DNA of 64,000 nucleotides from Squalus acanthias (Eukaryota). Location of the stretch: positions 1-64,000 of the forward strand of contig JASTWF010000366.1 of the NCBI GenBank assembly GCA_030390025.1, in the 5' to 3' direction. Positions 1-11,715 of the stretch are shown here, in pieces. Numbering within the stretch: position 1 is the stretch's first letter; the number at the start of each line of letters is the position of its first letter. The position numbers and the translations under genes were made by a program. The notes below the pieces were generated by a model, which saw nothing but the letters and a program-made list of their open reading frames with translations, ran no database searches and was not told the DNA's origin.

Positions 1-150
1 GAAAGAAAGAAAGAAAGATAAAGATAAAGAAAGAAAGAGAAAGAGATAGAAAGAGAAAGGAAAGAAAGAAAGAGAAAGAAAGAAAGAAAGATAAAGATAA
101 AGAAAGAATTAAGGAAAGAAAGAGAAAGAAAGAAAGAAAGAGAAAAATAG

Positions 151-188
<38 letters not shown>

Positions 189-195
189 GAAGGAA
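1..195. repeat. (GAAA)n microsatellite / purine-rich low complexity
   Basis: Direct tandem GAAA/GATAAA units. Confidence 0.95.
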
Positions 196-197
196 TT

Positions 198-540
198 AAT
201 TTACATGGCATGGATCCTCAGGACATCCGAAAGTGCTTCACAGCCAATTAATTACTTTTGAACAGCAGTCACTGTTTTTACATAGGCAACATGGCAGCCA
301 ATTTGTGCCTAGCAAGGTCCCACAAACAGCAATGAGATTAATGACCAGTTAATCTGTTTTTGGTAGTGTTGGTTTGCGGGAGAAATGGATTTTTTCCAGA
401 AGAACTTTCCTGCTCACCTTTGAATTCTACCGTGGAATCTTTTACATCCACCTGAATAGGCATTCAGGGCCTCAGTTAATGTTTCATCCAAAAGACACAC
501 CTCTGTGAATCCAGAGCTCCCTCAGTACTGTACTGTACTG
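198..540 (-). mobile_element. DeuSINE (SacSINE1/AmnSINE1-like) fragment
   Basis: Reverse complement resembles the Deu-domain consensus as I recall it (CAGTACTGAGGGAG...GGTGGATGTAAAAGAT...ATTGCTGTTTGTGGGACCTTGCT...AAATTGGCTGCC), followed by an L2-type tail. Confidence 0.8.
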
Positions 541-1265
541 AAGCTAGTATTTCAATAAGGTTGGAAAAATTGAGAGAGAATTGAAGTTGAATGACCTGCA
601 CACAGTCTAAATAATGTTGAAATTATAAAATATAAAGTTATCTGAAAAGTTACAAAAATTAGGCCCCTTAAGTATGAGCAATTTTATAACTATTGCTGTT
701 TTTCCAAAATGTTTATTATAATTTGTAGCTAGTCCAACTAAATGTTAGGAAAAATATAAAAATATATTATCTACTTGAGTGTTTCTTGTAGAAAGCAGAT
801 GGATGGAGGCAGAGGGGCTCTCCTTCTCCCCCTGTGCTAAGTGCCCAGAGGAGCTGCAACAGGCAGTAAGTGAGGAAAAACCCCTTCAACTGGGAACTGT
901 TCCAGGTATGAGGTAGTTTGTTGCAGGTGCTACTTCTGTTTTTACTTAGCAAGTAGCTGGCTGGTCCCAGCACGTCCTCTGACTGGTGCCTGCAGAGGGC
1001 TCTCTGCACTAATGCTCAGTGATCAGATGGCATTGAGAACACTTGCAACATCAACCGTTATATGTCCTGTACCCCTTTTGGTACACCTTGAAGCTGTGGA
1101 TCCTGCATCGTGACCCCTTTGGGTGGGAGTGGGCCTGTGCCATGCAAATAGTCCAGACCAGGACACTTCTGCCCACTCTTCCCTGTCTGGTGCACATAAC
1201 AGGGCCCCAAAAAGAAAATCGGTGCTAAGAACTTTTGCCGGGTTCCACCAGGGCTGACAGCCCAT

Positions 1266-2112
1266 GGGCGTGATCTTGCCAGCCCTGGGGAGGCGGGTAT
1301 GGAGGTGGGACTGCTGGGAAAATGGCAGAATTTGGGGACGGCTGCCCAACCCGCCCCCAACCCGCCTCCATGCCATCTTGCCAGGAGGCGGGTAGCCGTC
1401 CCGCGCCAGGTCCCGTCTCCTTGGAGGCGGGAAGGGGATTAGTGCCACTTAACTGCCTGGTAACAGGTATTTAACAGGCAGATAAGAGGATTATCCCCAT
1501 TTTACCCTCAAAAGTGCGGGCTTTCCGAAGGCTCCGAACCCCGCCCGGGTCACTGAGGCGAGCAGTGGGTCTGCGGGGGTCGGAGGGGTCCAAAAGTGTG
1601 CTGTGGAGGTAAGTGATGGGTGCAAGTGTGGAGTGGTGAGTATCTGAGGTAAGTGGAAAGTGTTAGAAAAAGTGTACTTACCTTTGTTTCTTCCTGCAGG
1701 CTTCAATCGGTGGGTATGCGGAGAGTCTCGCACCTCTGCGGCAGAGATGACAGATGGCCGTTGCATTCTCCAATGCAACAACCATCTAATTTCTGCAAAA
1801 GAAAGAGGTTGGATGAGGTCTTGAATTCAAGAACTCATCAAACTACAGAGAATGTCACTGTTTGACAGCTTCCCATAGCTGTCAAACGATGACAATTCAT
1901 CTGTCAAAAATTTTTGACAGATCAAACGTCATACGTTGACGTTCTCTGCAACCGGCTTTCCCTTAATTGGCCTGTTAAGCCCGCTGGGTGGGCTTAACAA
2001 GGTCAATCAAGGGAAAATAGCGTGGGTTAGCCACAAATCAATGGAGGCGGGACATCAACCTGCCAAGCAGCAGTCCCGCTTCCAACACGCCTCCATTGGC
2101 AAAATCGCCCCC
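1266..2112. mobile_element. PIF/Harbinger-type MITE, 847 bp (family A, copy 1)
   Basis: TIRs GGGCGTGATCTTGCC / GGCAAAATCGCCCCC; imperfect 3-bp TSD CAT/CAA; colinear second copy at 60746-61591; no coding capacity. Confidence 0.85.
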
Positions 2113-2420
2113 CAAGTGGCCATTCTTCACATGTGAGCGTGGACAGGGAGCATCAGCAGGCTAATTACTACACGAGACATCACAGCTAAATCCGATGCTG
2201 TTCTCACCCACATACACACACACACACATTCCAGCAGAGGTCACTGAACTGTGATCACAAGCAGCTGATTTTTTTTACCCTTTCCTTAGCTTAGGGAAAC
2301 TGAGTACAATAGTAGCAACTCACCACTGCCTCAAATGAGATCAGCTAACCCAATGTAGACCAGGGGTGGAACCCAAAATCCTCCTAGTCTCTATGTGGTA
2401 CTTTTACACACTGAACTGTA
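2113..2420 (-). mobile_element. tRNA-derived SINE fragment (host of the MITE)
   Basis: GAGATCAGCTAAC...GACCAGGG motif, shared with decayed copies at ~5000-5380, 6880-7030, 12320-12600, 22740-22920, 24370-24690, 31640-31975 and 37690-37980. Confidence 0.55.
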
Positions 2421-3353
2421 TGGGAAACCTCTATAAGGACCAAACCTAGGTGGGCAAGGTGGTTAGAATTTAGAAACTTCAAAATGATGTGGGATAAACT
2501 GCTGAATTCCAAAGTATGGAGTTAAGGTGGCTCAGACTATTAAAGGGTTGGCTTTGTTGCTTGTATCTTTTTTACAGTCTTTGATCCAGATGTTTGTAGA
2601 CGCAAAACTTGAAGGAAATTCTCTTGGGCTTAAACAAACTTTCTTCAGCCCAGTTGAAACTCTAATGTCCTAACAGTTACATATGGGCGTTTCATAGAAT
2701 ATTCTGTCAGAAAAATTTACAAAGACTGACTTTTTCTACTCCTTCCTACAAAGGATTCAAACTTCTACAATTCAACGCAGCTGCCCGAGAATAGACAACA
2801 GAAGGTCCATTGTCCAATGAATCAACCTTGAGTGGGTGTGAATGACATTAACCCTTTAAACAGACGTATCCCATAGCCTTCTTTTTGCTTAACTCTGAGG
2901 CATGTTTGTGGCCATCTCTGGATTGTATCTGGCATGTTACAAGGAGGACACAGAAATAATGGGAATCATTCAAATCCTAATTAGCCACATCCTTGGAATG
3001 ATGGGATGTAATGTAAAAGAGCAAACACACAAAAATGTTGTTTTTTGTTGCAACAAAGAGCGTTTTCAGAGGGGAAAAATGGGCATTTTTATACTCTGAC
3101 TCATGTCTACTACATTCTATCATCTTTTCATCTTGTATATTATTTATTAAGTTCTAACAATTGTATTGCCATGGCCTGAAGCAACTGCTCAAATAAGCGG
3201 TTTTTGTAAATCAAATATGTTGCAAATTTTTTTCCAGAGACACATTTGAGTTTATAATTCTTTTCTCTTGGTCATTGTGGTTTGTTATTTCCGTTTAAGA
3301 TTGTTTTTGAATGATGCTCCCCTATAGCTCAGAACTGAGTCGCACAAAATAGT

Positions 3354-4999
3354 GGGCTAGAAATTCAGCGGCTTTGCGCCTCCTGTTAGCGTCTGCGGGG
3401 GACGGTAACGGGGCGCTAAGGGGTTACCGACCGGGCGTGGTGAATTCAGCGACGCCCGCGAACTTCCCTGGCGGTTTTGCGCTGGCGCTAACACTTACTG
3501 CCTCAGTCTCTGGCGCCCCGTAGATCATGACGTCATCAAGTGCGCAGCGCCCCGTTACCGCACCGGATGTGAAATTCGCTCCCACCCCCTGCTGTATCGC
3601 CGGGCTTCAACAATGGCAGCAACAGGAGGCGTTGTCACCTCGGCTGGCCGCTCGGGGAGTGATAATTAAAGGCAGTGGTGGTCAGATAGGCCAAACTTTA
3701 TTCTTCACACCAGTCTGGTGCCTGCTGAAAGTTTTAGAAGCCTCATTACTGCGCGATGCCTAAGCCCTCCACTCTCTGAGAGTAATTGAGGCTGTAATGG
3801 AAGTCGCACAGGTCCCCTGGCCTCACAGAACTAAGAAGAAGAAGGTTGCAAACCATCGTTGGCCCTTCCCTTTAAGCAAGTGAAGGAGCCTCTGATGCTG
3901 ATAGTACTGCACTGCACGTTCTTCAGCGCTCTGCCACTACCGCCCCTAAAAGAAGTGGTTAGCGCTTGATTTAGCGCTCCACTTCCCTCTTGGAGCACTA
4001 AAACTGAATTTCATGGGAGACGAGAATGATTAGCGCCTGGCGCTAATTTTTCAACTTTTAGGGGTAGAAATTAGGTCGCGCCCCATTTGGGGCGCAAATA
4101 TCGTCTGGACGCAAATATTAGCGCCTGGCGCTAATTATCGTCACTGACTGGAAACTTCACTTTTACCGCCCCGGGAGGTGAGTGGAGCACTAAAGCAGGC
4201 GCTGCACACCTGTCTTAAGGCGCAAAGGCCGAGGAGTGAGGCGCTAACTCAGAGCGCTGGCGAAGCTCATGTAATGTCAGTCAGCAATGGAACACACACA
4301 CAATGGCACGGGCCAGTTCTTAAAGGGGATGGTTAATCTTGCTTTCCATCCACATCCTGTTCATTGCAGCCTTGAATCTCGGCCTGGAGAGACTTGCACA
4401 TCAAATGTGCTGGAAAGAACAATGGAGAGTACCAGGCCAAGAGCTCAGAGTGCAGCTCCCACAGTCTCTGCTAAATCGATACAAGGAATGGCAAATCAAA
4501 ATGAACCTGCAAAGTGCTGCTCAGTACCCAAAACTCCTTCACACAACGTTGAATCTCTCCAGAAGTCTCTCCCTCTCTCTCTCAGAATGCGTAGTTCAAA
4601 AATGCCACCAACAATAAAAGACAGGAAGAGGCCCCCTTTAAATAGCGCCCCCCCCAGCCCCACAGCGATTGATAGCGTTCCAGTCTTCTGGTCGTTGGAT
4701 GCGCCAGGCGGTAAGGCAGGGGGCGCCACTCAATTTCCACTCCGGGGCGCCACAAGGGCGTTGCACCATGGAATGACGTCACAATCTGCGCGCGCAGGTG
4801 GTCGCAGCGGTAAGTTTTAGCGCCACCGCACAATGTCAAGTTAAGTTCCCGAGGGGCGCAAACATCGCTGCGCCCGGGCGTTAGCGGCTTTGCGCCCCAT
4901 TAGCGCCCTCTTAAGGCGCTAACGGGAGGCGCAACCAACTGAATTTTTACCCCTTAAAGTTTTAGCGCCCCAAACGGGGCTATACTGGATTTCTCCCCC
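3354..4999. mobile_element. Harbinger-type non-autonomous element (outer), inserted in a SINE
   Basis: TIRs GGGCTAGAAATTCAG / CTGGATTTCTCCCCC; CpG-rich subterminal TAGCGC/GCGCTA repeats; flanks rejoin into a SINE head. Confidence 0.75.
4061..4953. mobile_element. Harbinger-type non-autonomous element (inner, nested, inverted relative to outer)
   Basis: TIRs GGGGTAGAAATT / AATTTTTACCCC; perfect TTA TSD at 4058-4060 and 4954-4956. Confidence 0.85.
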
Positions 5000-5380
5000 A
5001 GAAAGGTCTCAGAATCTGATTCCCTGAGTCTGCTAAGGTGACTGATCTCAGCTGGGCTAGCATTTGGGCCATTACAATTGGACTCAGCATCACGGGAATA
5101 GGGAGAGAATAAAAATCACTGGGTTAGGGAAGGAAAATGATCAGTCATATTTCCCTCTCTCTATCACTATCCTCAGTGACCCCTGCTTGAAAGTTTGCAT
5201 ATACAGACATCTGGTGTGGACAGGACTGGACTCAGTTGTGATCTTTCCCCCTCCCATAGTCAAACAGCTGCCAACACTCATTGCCCAGGCTAACATGCAA
5301 AGCATGGCATTTGGGTGAGTTAGCACAAGGCTATCAGCAGCTGTGGAACCAGACCCCATTATGAGTCTTCAAGCGAAGAG
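5000..5380 (+). mobile_element. tRNA-derived SINE body
   Basis: GACTGATCTCAGCTGGG...CAATTGG...AGTGACCCCTGC pattern, repeated elsewhere in the window. Confidence 0.55.
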
Positions 5381-8067
5381 CCATGAAGGTAAAAAAAATT
5401 TGGACGGAAAACCAGGAGAAACAAATGATAAACTAAGATTTGATTAATAACCTGAAAGACATTTGCTGTAGAGACAAACACTTTCGGCAGGTGAAGAGGG
5501 AAATATTCTGTTACATTCATTGTGTGTTTAACAAAAAGGTGTTAAAAGGTTTAAAGGATAAACAAGCAGGTTCTCCGAGGCAAACCTGAGATTGTTTATT
5601 AGGGTCATCAACAGAGAATAATAGGTGGGTTGGGAATGATTAGAAGAAAATAGTCTCATTTAGTGATTCGAACGACATCCTAAATCTCGAGAGGTTTATT
5701 GTCACCAGAACTCTAGGGATAGAATTACTTTCACTGTGATCACTCTAGCCTGTTATTTTTTTAAAATATATTATATACAGTCGTGGATTTTTATACATAA
5801 AAATCAGATGTTTTTTCTGTGCAGAAGCATTTTTTGGGCATGAATTGCCAATGGGCTAGACTCTCAGTTGATGTTAATGACAATTCACTGAAAGGTTACA
5901 TCTATGCTGCAATCATTGCAAAATCACTAGACTTTAATCTGCCATAGATTACTGGTAAATAGCACACCCTATGCCTTATATAATACTGTTTCTATATGTT
6001 ATAATAGGTTGCTTTATATAATGTGCAACACTACTGTATATATTATATAACACTGTATATAATAATAGGACTACTCTGTGTATTATATAGAACAAAACAC
6101 ACAGATTACAGTGAATTACTGCTTTGTAAAACACTGAGACTGAAGCTTGCTAATGGCTGGCAGCAATGTCCAGGGTGTATTATTCTTTGTAATATTCAGA
6201 TACTCAGCAATTTATTACCTTTCCTACTTTCTATTTTCCAACTTCAAGGTTTGAAAAGAATGTTACCAATGGGGGTGTCATGGCAGACTGGAGCAGGCAG
6301 CAAGATCCCACTTGTGTAACACATGATTAGATTAGAAGTGAAAGCGGGATTTAAGTTTACAAGGTGATGCTAGGAAATATCACATCTTCTAGGTGTTCCT
6401 GCACAGTGCGAGACAACTGCCTCCGTTAGAACTGGTGCTGCAGCAGACCTCGTTGTTATGGTTACAAATCATTCCCCAATTAAAAATGAATAAACGGCAG
6501 AGCGATTTATTCAGGTCTGGAAGGACTGAAATGATCACGGTGGAGGAATTCTGCTGTTAGAAACAAGACTTCTTCCACCACGATGAGAGACAGACCAGAT
6601 ATGAGGCCGTTGCTGATACAATCACAACAGCCTGTGTATAAGCTTTTTCCTTTTTACCGATTTTCACCTGCAAAGTCAACATATTTGCCAATTCACATGA
6701 TTTTCCGCAATCACGTGATTTCTCTTTCATGAGATTTGGCTCTGTGTGTCACATGGAGGCGCGTCTGGTGTAGTCTCCAGTCTTTACTCCTATGTCCTCT
6801 CCAGTACAGTATTAAAATAGTCTACAAATAATTGTAAAACCCAATTTAAAACAGGAGCTCCCCTGATGTGAGTGACGGCACTACCCAGTGTGGTACAGAG
6901 TTATACAACCAGAAAACCCCCAAGTTCAATCCTTGATCTGTGCTGAGTTAGCTGATCTCAGCAAGGGCACTGAGAGGGAAACCACAATTGATCTCAAGGC
7001 CCCTGGAATGGGGGAGGGTAAAATCAATCAGTGTGGTCAGTATACTAGAACTATATCCCAGTGTAAGTTAGAACCTTCAGGAAAGGAGGGCAGAAAACTG
7101 AGGAAACAAATAAAGAAATAATTTAAAACCAGAAAAAGTATGTAAAAAATCAGTAAGAGGCAAAAGAGATGATTTTTCTGGTTTAAAACTAGGCACCATT
7201 AACAAGCTTCATGTGTGCTGGAAGTTGGGCATCCAGCAATCTTGCCTAGTCCCTGCTGGAAAAAACCCTCACTCTGTGCAATTTTTCAGTTAGGCCTTAT
7301 ACACGCATGCTGCATGTTAAAGAGGGATTTCGGTGCCTGAATGTACTTCCTGACCATTGTGTGTTAAATGTAAGCTGTATGAGGAAGGCAGCTGTTAAAG
7401 GACTTTTTTTATAAACTTAGGTTTTCTCAGTTGGACTTTGATTATTTTTTGGGTTGGAACTGGAGGAAATGTTTCTGTTACTAGACAAATAGCTTGTTTC
7501 CAAAATCACAGAGAAATGGACAATAAAGAAATTATGAAGGTCTTAAAAAAAAGGGGGTCTGTAAAGTGGCTCCCACAGTACAAGCCTTCACTCCACCTCA
7601 CCGAGCACCAGGGCATCTACAAAGACCAGAGCTTTTTGGCAAGTTAATGTGAAATGAATATTGGTGGTTGTTTTGACAGTGCCCCAATGTCAGTACATCG
7701 TATTTCATGCTTTAAGTGGTACGGGATGAAAGAAGGTATTTGCCTGAACCTTATTCTGCACTAGCAGAAAGAAACTCTCTGTGGACATAAAGTGTTAATA
7801 AAGTAAACCCAATTTATTGTCCTGCAAATGCTCAGTGAAAGTGTGCTTAGTGTCTGGTTTTTTTTAACCCCAGTGCTTTTCTTTTGTGGTTTTGTATGTT
7901 CTACATCCTAATTTTGTGTTTTTTTAGGTGCTATCCTCGTGGCAGGAGTAAGTGAGGTGGCTAGCTGCTGGGTGCCAGTGGGAGTTCCTTGGGATTCAAG
8001 TGGCCTTGGACCTCCATGTGTTGGATTATGAGATGACCCTGCATCTGATGCTGCCTGATGCTGCCTG

Positions 8068-8410
8068 ATGCAGAGAGGATGTTTCCCCTTGTCTAGAACT
8101 CGGGGGCATAGTTTCAGAATAAAGGGTCGCCCTTTTAGAACTGAGATCAGGAAGAATTTCTTCTCTCAGAGGGTCGTAAATCTGTGGAATTCTCTGCCCC
8201 AGAGAGCCATGGAGGCTGGGTCATTAAATACATTTAAGGTGGAGATAGACAGCTTTTTGCAAGATAAGGGAGTGAAGGGTTATGGGGAGCGGGCAGGGAA
8301 GTGGCTTTGAGCCCAAGATCAGCCATGATCTTATTGAATGGCGGAGCAGGCTCGAGGGGCCAAGTGGCCTATTCCTGCTCCTATTTCTTATGTTCTTATG
8401 TTCTCTTATG
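8068..8410 (+). mobile_element. CR1-type LINE 3' end
   Basis: Translates to SRTRGHSFRIK...RKNFFSQRVVNLWNSLP, the CR1 ORF2 C-terminus; ends in a (TTATGTTC)n-like tail. Confidence 0.9.
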
Positions 8411-8834
8411 CCATGTTTGATGCTGCAGTGGCTGGCTAGTTCTGCCTGCATTCTGGCATATCTTCTGTCACCCAAGGGAGCGGCGGGGACTGGTTGGGCC
8501 AGATGTGATTTTGCCTTAACAGGCAACAGTCTCATCTGTGTTCCCTCCAGCCTTGCCCCAGCTGCTGGGTACTTCTTCGACACGACCATTCATCTGTATG
8601 GGAATAGACCTCAGGGCAATGGTATGTAATGGTTGTCTAGATCCAATTTTCTAGAATGTTGAAAGCCTGTTTTAGATTGGAGCCAAGGACTCTACAGCAG
8701 TAGTGTGAGCATTCATGAGAGATACTTCAACTGGCTTAGCACCTCTGTCACTGGGGGCTCCGGTGAAGGTGCCACTGCTGCTGCTACATGCTCCATGATG
8801 GACTGCAGCCATGTTCGGTGCTCGTGCACAACTG

Positions 8835-9515
8835 TACACAGGGTTAGATACAGGGTAACGCTCCCTCTACATTGCCCATCAAACACTCCCAGGGTGCTTA
8901 CAGCATGGATTAGGTACAGAGTAAAGCTCCCTCTACACTGTCCCATCAAACACTCCCAGGGCAGGTATGGCACAGGTTAGATACAGAGTAAAGCTCCCTC
9001 TACACAGTCCCATCAAACACTCCCAAGGCAGGTACAGCACGGGTAAGATACAGAGTAAAGCTCCCTCTACACTGTCCCATCAAACACTCCCAGGACAGGT
9101 ACAGCACGGGTTAGATACAGAATAAAGCTCCCTCTATACTGTCCCATCAAACACTCCCAGGACAGGTACAGCACGGGTTAGATACAGAGTAAAGCTCCCT
9201 CCACACTGTCCCATCAAACACTCCCAGGACAGGTACAGCACGGGTTAGATACAGTGTAAATCTTCCTCTATACTGTCCCATCAAACACTCCCAGGGCAGA
9301 TACAGCACGGGTTAGATACAGAGTAAAGCTCTCTCTACACTGTCCCATCAAACACTCCCAGGGCAGATACAGCACGGGTTAGATACAGAGTAAAACTCCC
9401 TCTACACTGTCCCATCAAACACTCCCAGGGCAGATACAGCACGGGTTAGATACAGAGTAAAACTCCCTCTACACTGTCCCATCAAACACTCCCAGGACAG
9501 GTACAGCACGGGTTA
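8835..9515. repeat. 67-bp minisatellite, about 10 units
   Basis: Unit ACAGCACGGGTTAGATACAGAGTAAAGCTCCCTCTACACTGTCCCATCAAACACTCCCAGGGCAGGT; GTAAAGCTCC recurs at 8921, 8988 and 9055. Confidence 0.95.
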
Positions 9516-9524
9516 AATTATTTA

Positions 9525-9828
9525 ATGGCCATCAATATAAGATAGTCACTAATAAATCCAATAAGGAATTCAGGAGAAACATCTTTACCCAGAGGCTGGT
9601 TAGAATGTGGAACTCTCTACCACATGGAGTCATTGCAGCGACTAACAGAGATGTACTCAAGGGGAAACTAGATAAACACATTAGGGAGAAAGGAATAGAA
9701 GGATATGTTGATAGGGTTAGATTAGGAAAGGTGGGAGGAGGCTCGTTTGGAGCATAAACACCGGTGTAGACCTGTTGGGCCGAATGGCCTGTTTCTGTGC
9801 TGTAAATACTGTGTAATACTGTGTAATC
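9525..9828 (+). mobile_element. CR1-type LINE 3' end
   Basis: AGGAGAAACATCTTTACCCAGAGG..GTTAGAATGTGGAAC, GGGCCGAATGGCCTG stem and tandem tail; similar copy at 16520-16825. Confidence 0.85.
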
Positions 9829-10949
9829 GACTCTTCCAAAGTTGTGGCCAGATCTTGCAGAGTGCAGTGCGCATTCTCAAATGACAGCATAAAACATTGG
9901 TACTCAGACAGTAGCATTCTGTTATATGCAGGCCTTGTAACTTGAAAATCACTTGGCTTGATAGCTAAAGAAGGACAAGCTGGCTGTCTGACCGTCCGGT
10001 TCCTGCTCCTCCACCGCCCCCACCCTCCTCCCCCCGTTACCTGCTGCTGTTCACTCAAGCTCTGTGATCTGCCTGGTGCTCTCTCCTCAATATCTCCTAA
10101 GGGTAGATTGCTGTGTTGGTGTTTGCAATGAGTCAAGTAAATGATGCAGGGTGCTGTGATGTGCTGGCCTCTTGGGAGGTACTGGACTCTGAGGCTGGTC
10201 CTTTTAAAATGCTTATAGAAGCAGAAGATGAAGATATGTTAGCATGCTAGCTGTTCAAAACGTTCAAAAATTCCTTACAGGGCAATATATTGTAGAACAT
10301 TAGGGCTGAATTTGTGGTGAGGCGCACTGCTAGTGCCAAGTGGGCGAGTGGGGAAGGCACGGAGATTCGAGCAAGCAGGCCTCAAACCTGTTTCTTGACC
10401 AATGCACCGACCATGCCATTCTCTGGGCAGACCATCTTTTTACTGCAGGACGCTATGACACTTTTCATGCAATAATTTCATGAAGGGTTCACAAATTATG
10501 TTAATTACTTGGTAGCACCATTTCCTGTACTTAGCCATTGAAGTCATTGCTTGCCCATTTAAAAGAGGTATGGCATTAAAGACCTTGGGGTTTCCAAAGC
10601 TCTTCTGCCAAAGTTACAGCAGATGAGTGGTAGAACCCCCCCCCCCCATGGAAATTCACCCCCTTCAGTCATTTTGGAGTTTGCATTCTTAGAGGAAGTG
10701 TCATTATTAGCTACAGAACTTTGTTTTGCCTTTTTACACTTTTTCATTGCATTTGTTGCAGACTTTGGTTGTGGCCTGGTTGTTGTGATTGTTAGATTTA
10801 TTTGCAGCCCGCTATTTTCCTTCTTCTGAGCAGCTGCAATTTAAGTTGCCACAAACATAATTCTTAAGATCTACATTCTGTTGAGTGTATCTCTCTTTGT
10901 TTTGGAGGAGGAAGAGAACACATGCAAGGGAGTTATGTTTACACTTGAG

Positions 10950-11715
10950 GCAGTCTTTCCACACCCACGCCTACCCAAAGACCCATGTCTACAGAGTGAG
11001 AGACACCATCCCAAACATGTTTGAAATGATCTGTTTTATTCGGGAGGCAGTCGCAGAAATATGCCATCCTCTTGAGCCAGACATTCAGACCAGTTCCACA
11101 ATGGAGACAGCTCTACCGGTGGCTGTCAAGGTGATCAGAGACTTGAAAATCCATACTATTGGATCCTTTCAAGCAACAGCAGGAGATATATGCTAAATTA
11201 CACAACAAGCAGTGCACTGATACATCAAGCAGGTGACAGATGGTTTGTTCGCTAGGGCTAACTTCTTCATCCATTTCTCCATAGAAAGCAGACAGCAGAA
11301 TAAAAGAGCAAAGCACTTTTTCCTTGTGGCCAGTCTCACCGCAGTGCAGGTCATTATGGATGGCATGCAATTACACAGCCTTCATGAACAAAAAGAGATT
11401 CCACTCCATTTAAATGCAGTTGGTCTTTGAACATAGAGAAAAAATTATGCATGTGAATGACTACTATCTTGGTGGGAGTCATGACGCCTATATTAAATGG
11501 CAATCTATGATGCTGCCATTAGTTGATGGAGAAGAAACACTGAATGGACAAGTCCCTGGGACTAATTATGTTCTTTTAGGCCCTGGCCCATGACCCCATT
11601 GAGATAGCCAAGAACAGAACAGTGATACAATGGTTACATGTGTGACTACCAGCATCATGGCCGAAGATACCATCAGAATGTTAAAGGAAAGGTTCAGGTG
11701 CTTGGATAGGTAAGG
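10950..11715 (+). pseudogene. Decayed Harbinger (HARBI1-like) transposase
   Basis: Fragments REAVAEICH..ALPVAVKV..GSFQATAGDIC, TDGLFARANFFIHF, GGSHDAYI and TIRMLKERFRCLD, with stops and frameshifts; TIR-like TTA|GGGCTGAATTT at 10303. Confidence 0.8.

Noticed and set aside
1674..1684. U1 snRNA gene (TACTTACCT)
   Set aside because: Only the 5' nonamer matches; the rest of U1 is absent.
4287..4839. ORFs of 77-177 aa
   Set aside because: They lie inside a GC-rich non-autonomous transposon and show no domain motifs.
7929..7948. 20-nt micro-exon (TTTTTAG|...|GTAAGT)
   Set aside because: No supporting neighbouring exons; such a pattern arises easily by chance.
8835..9515. CRISPR-like array
   Set aside because: Contiguous tandem units with no unique spacers, no cas genes, and a eukaryotic context.
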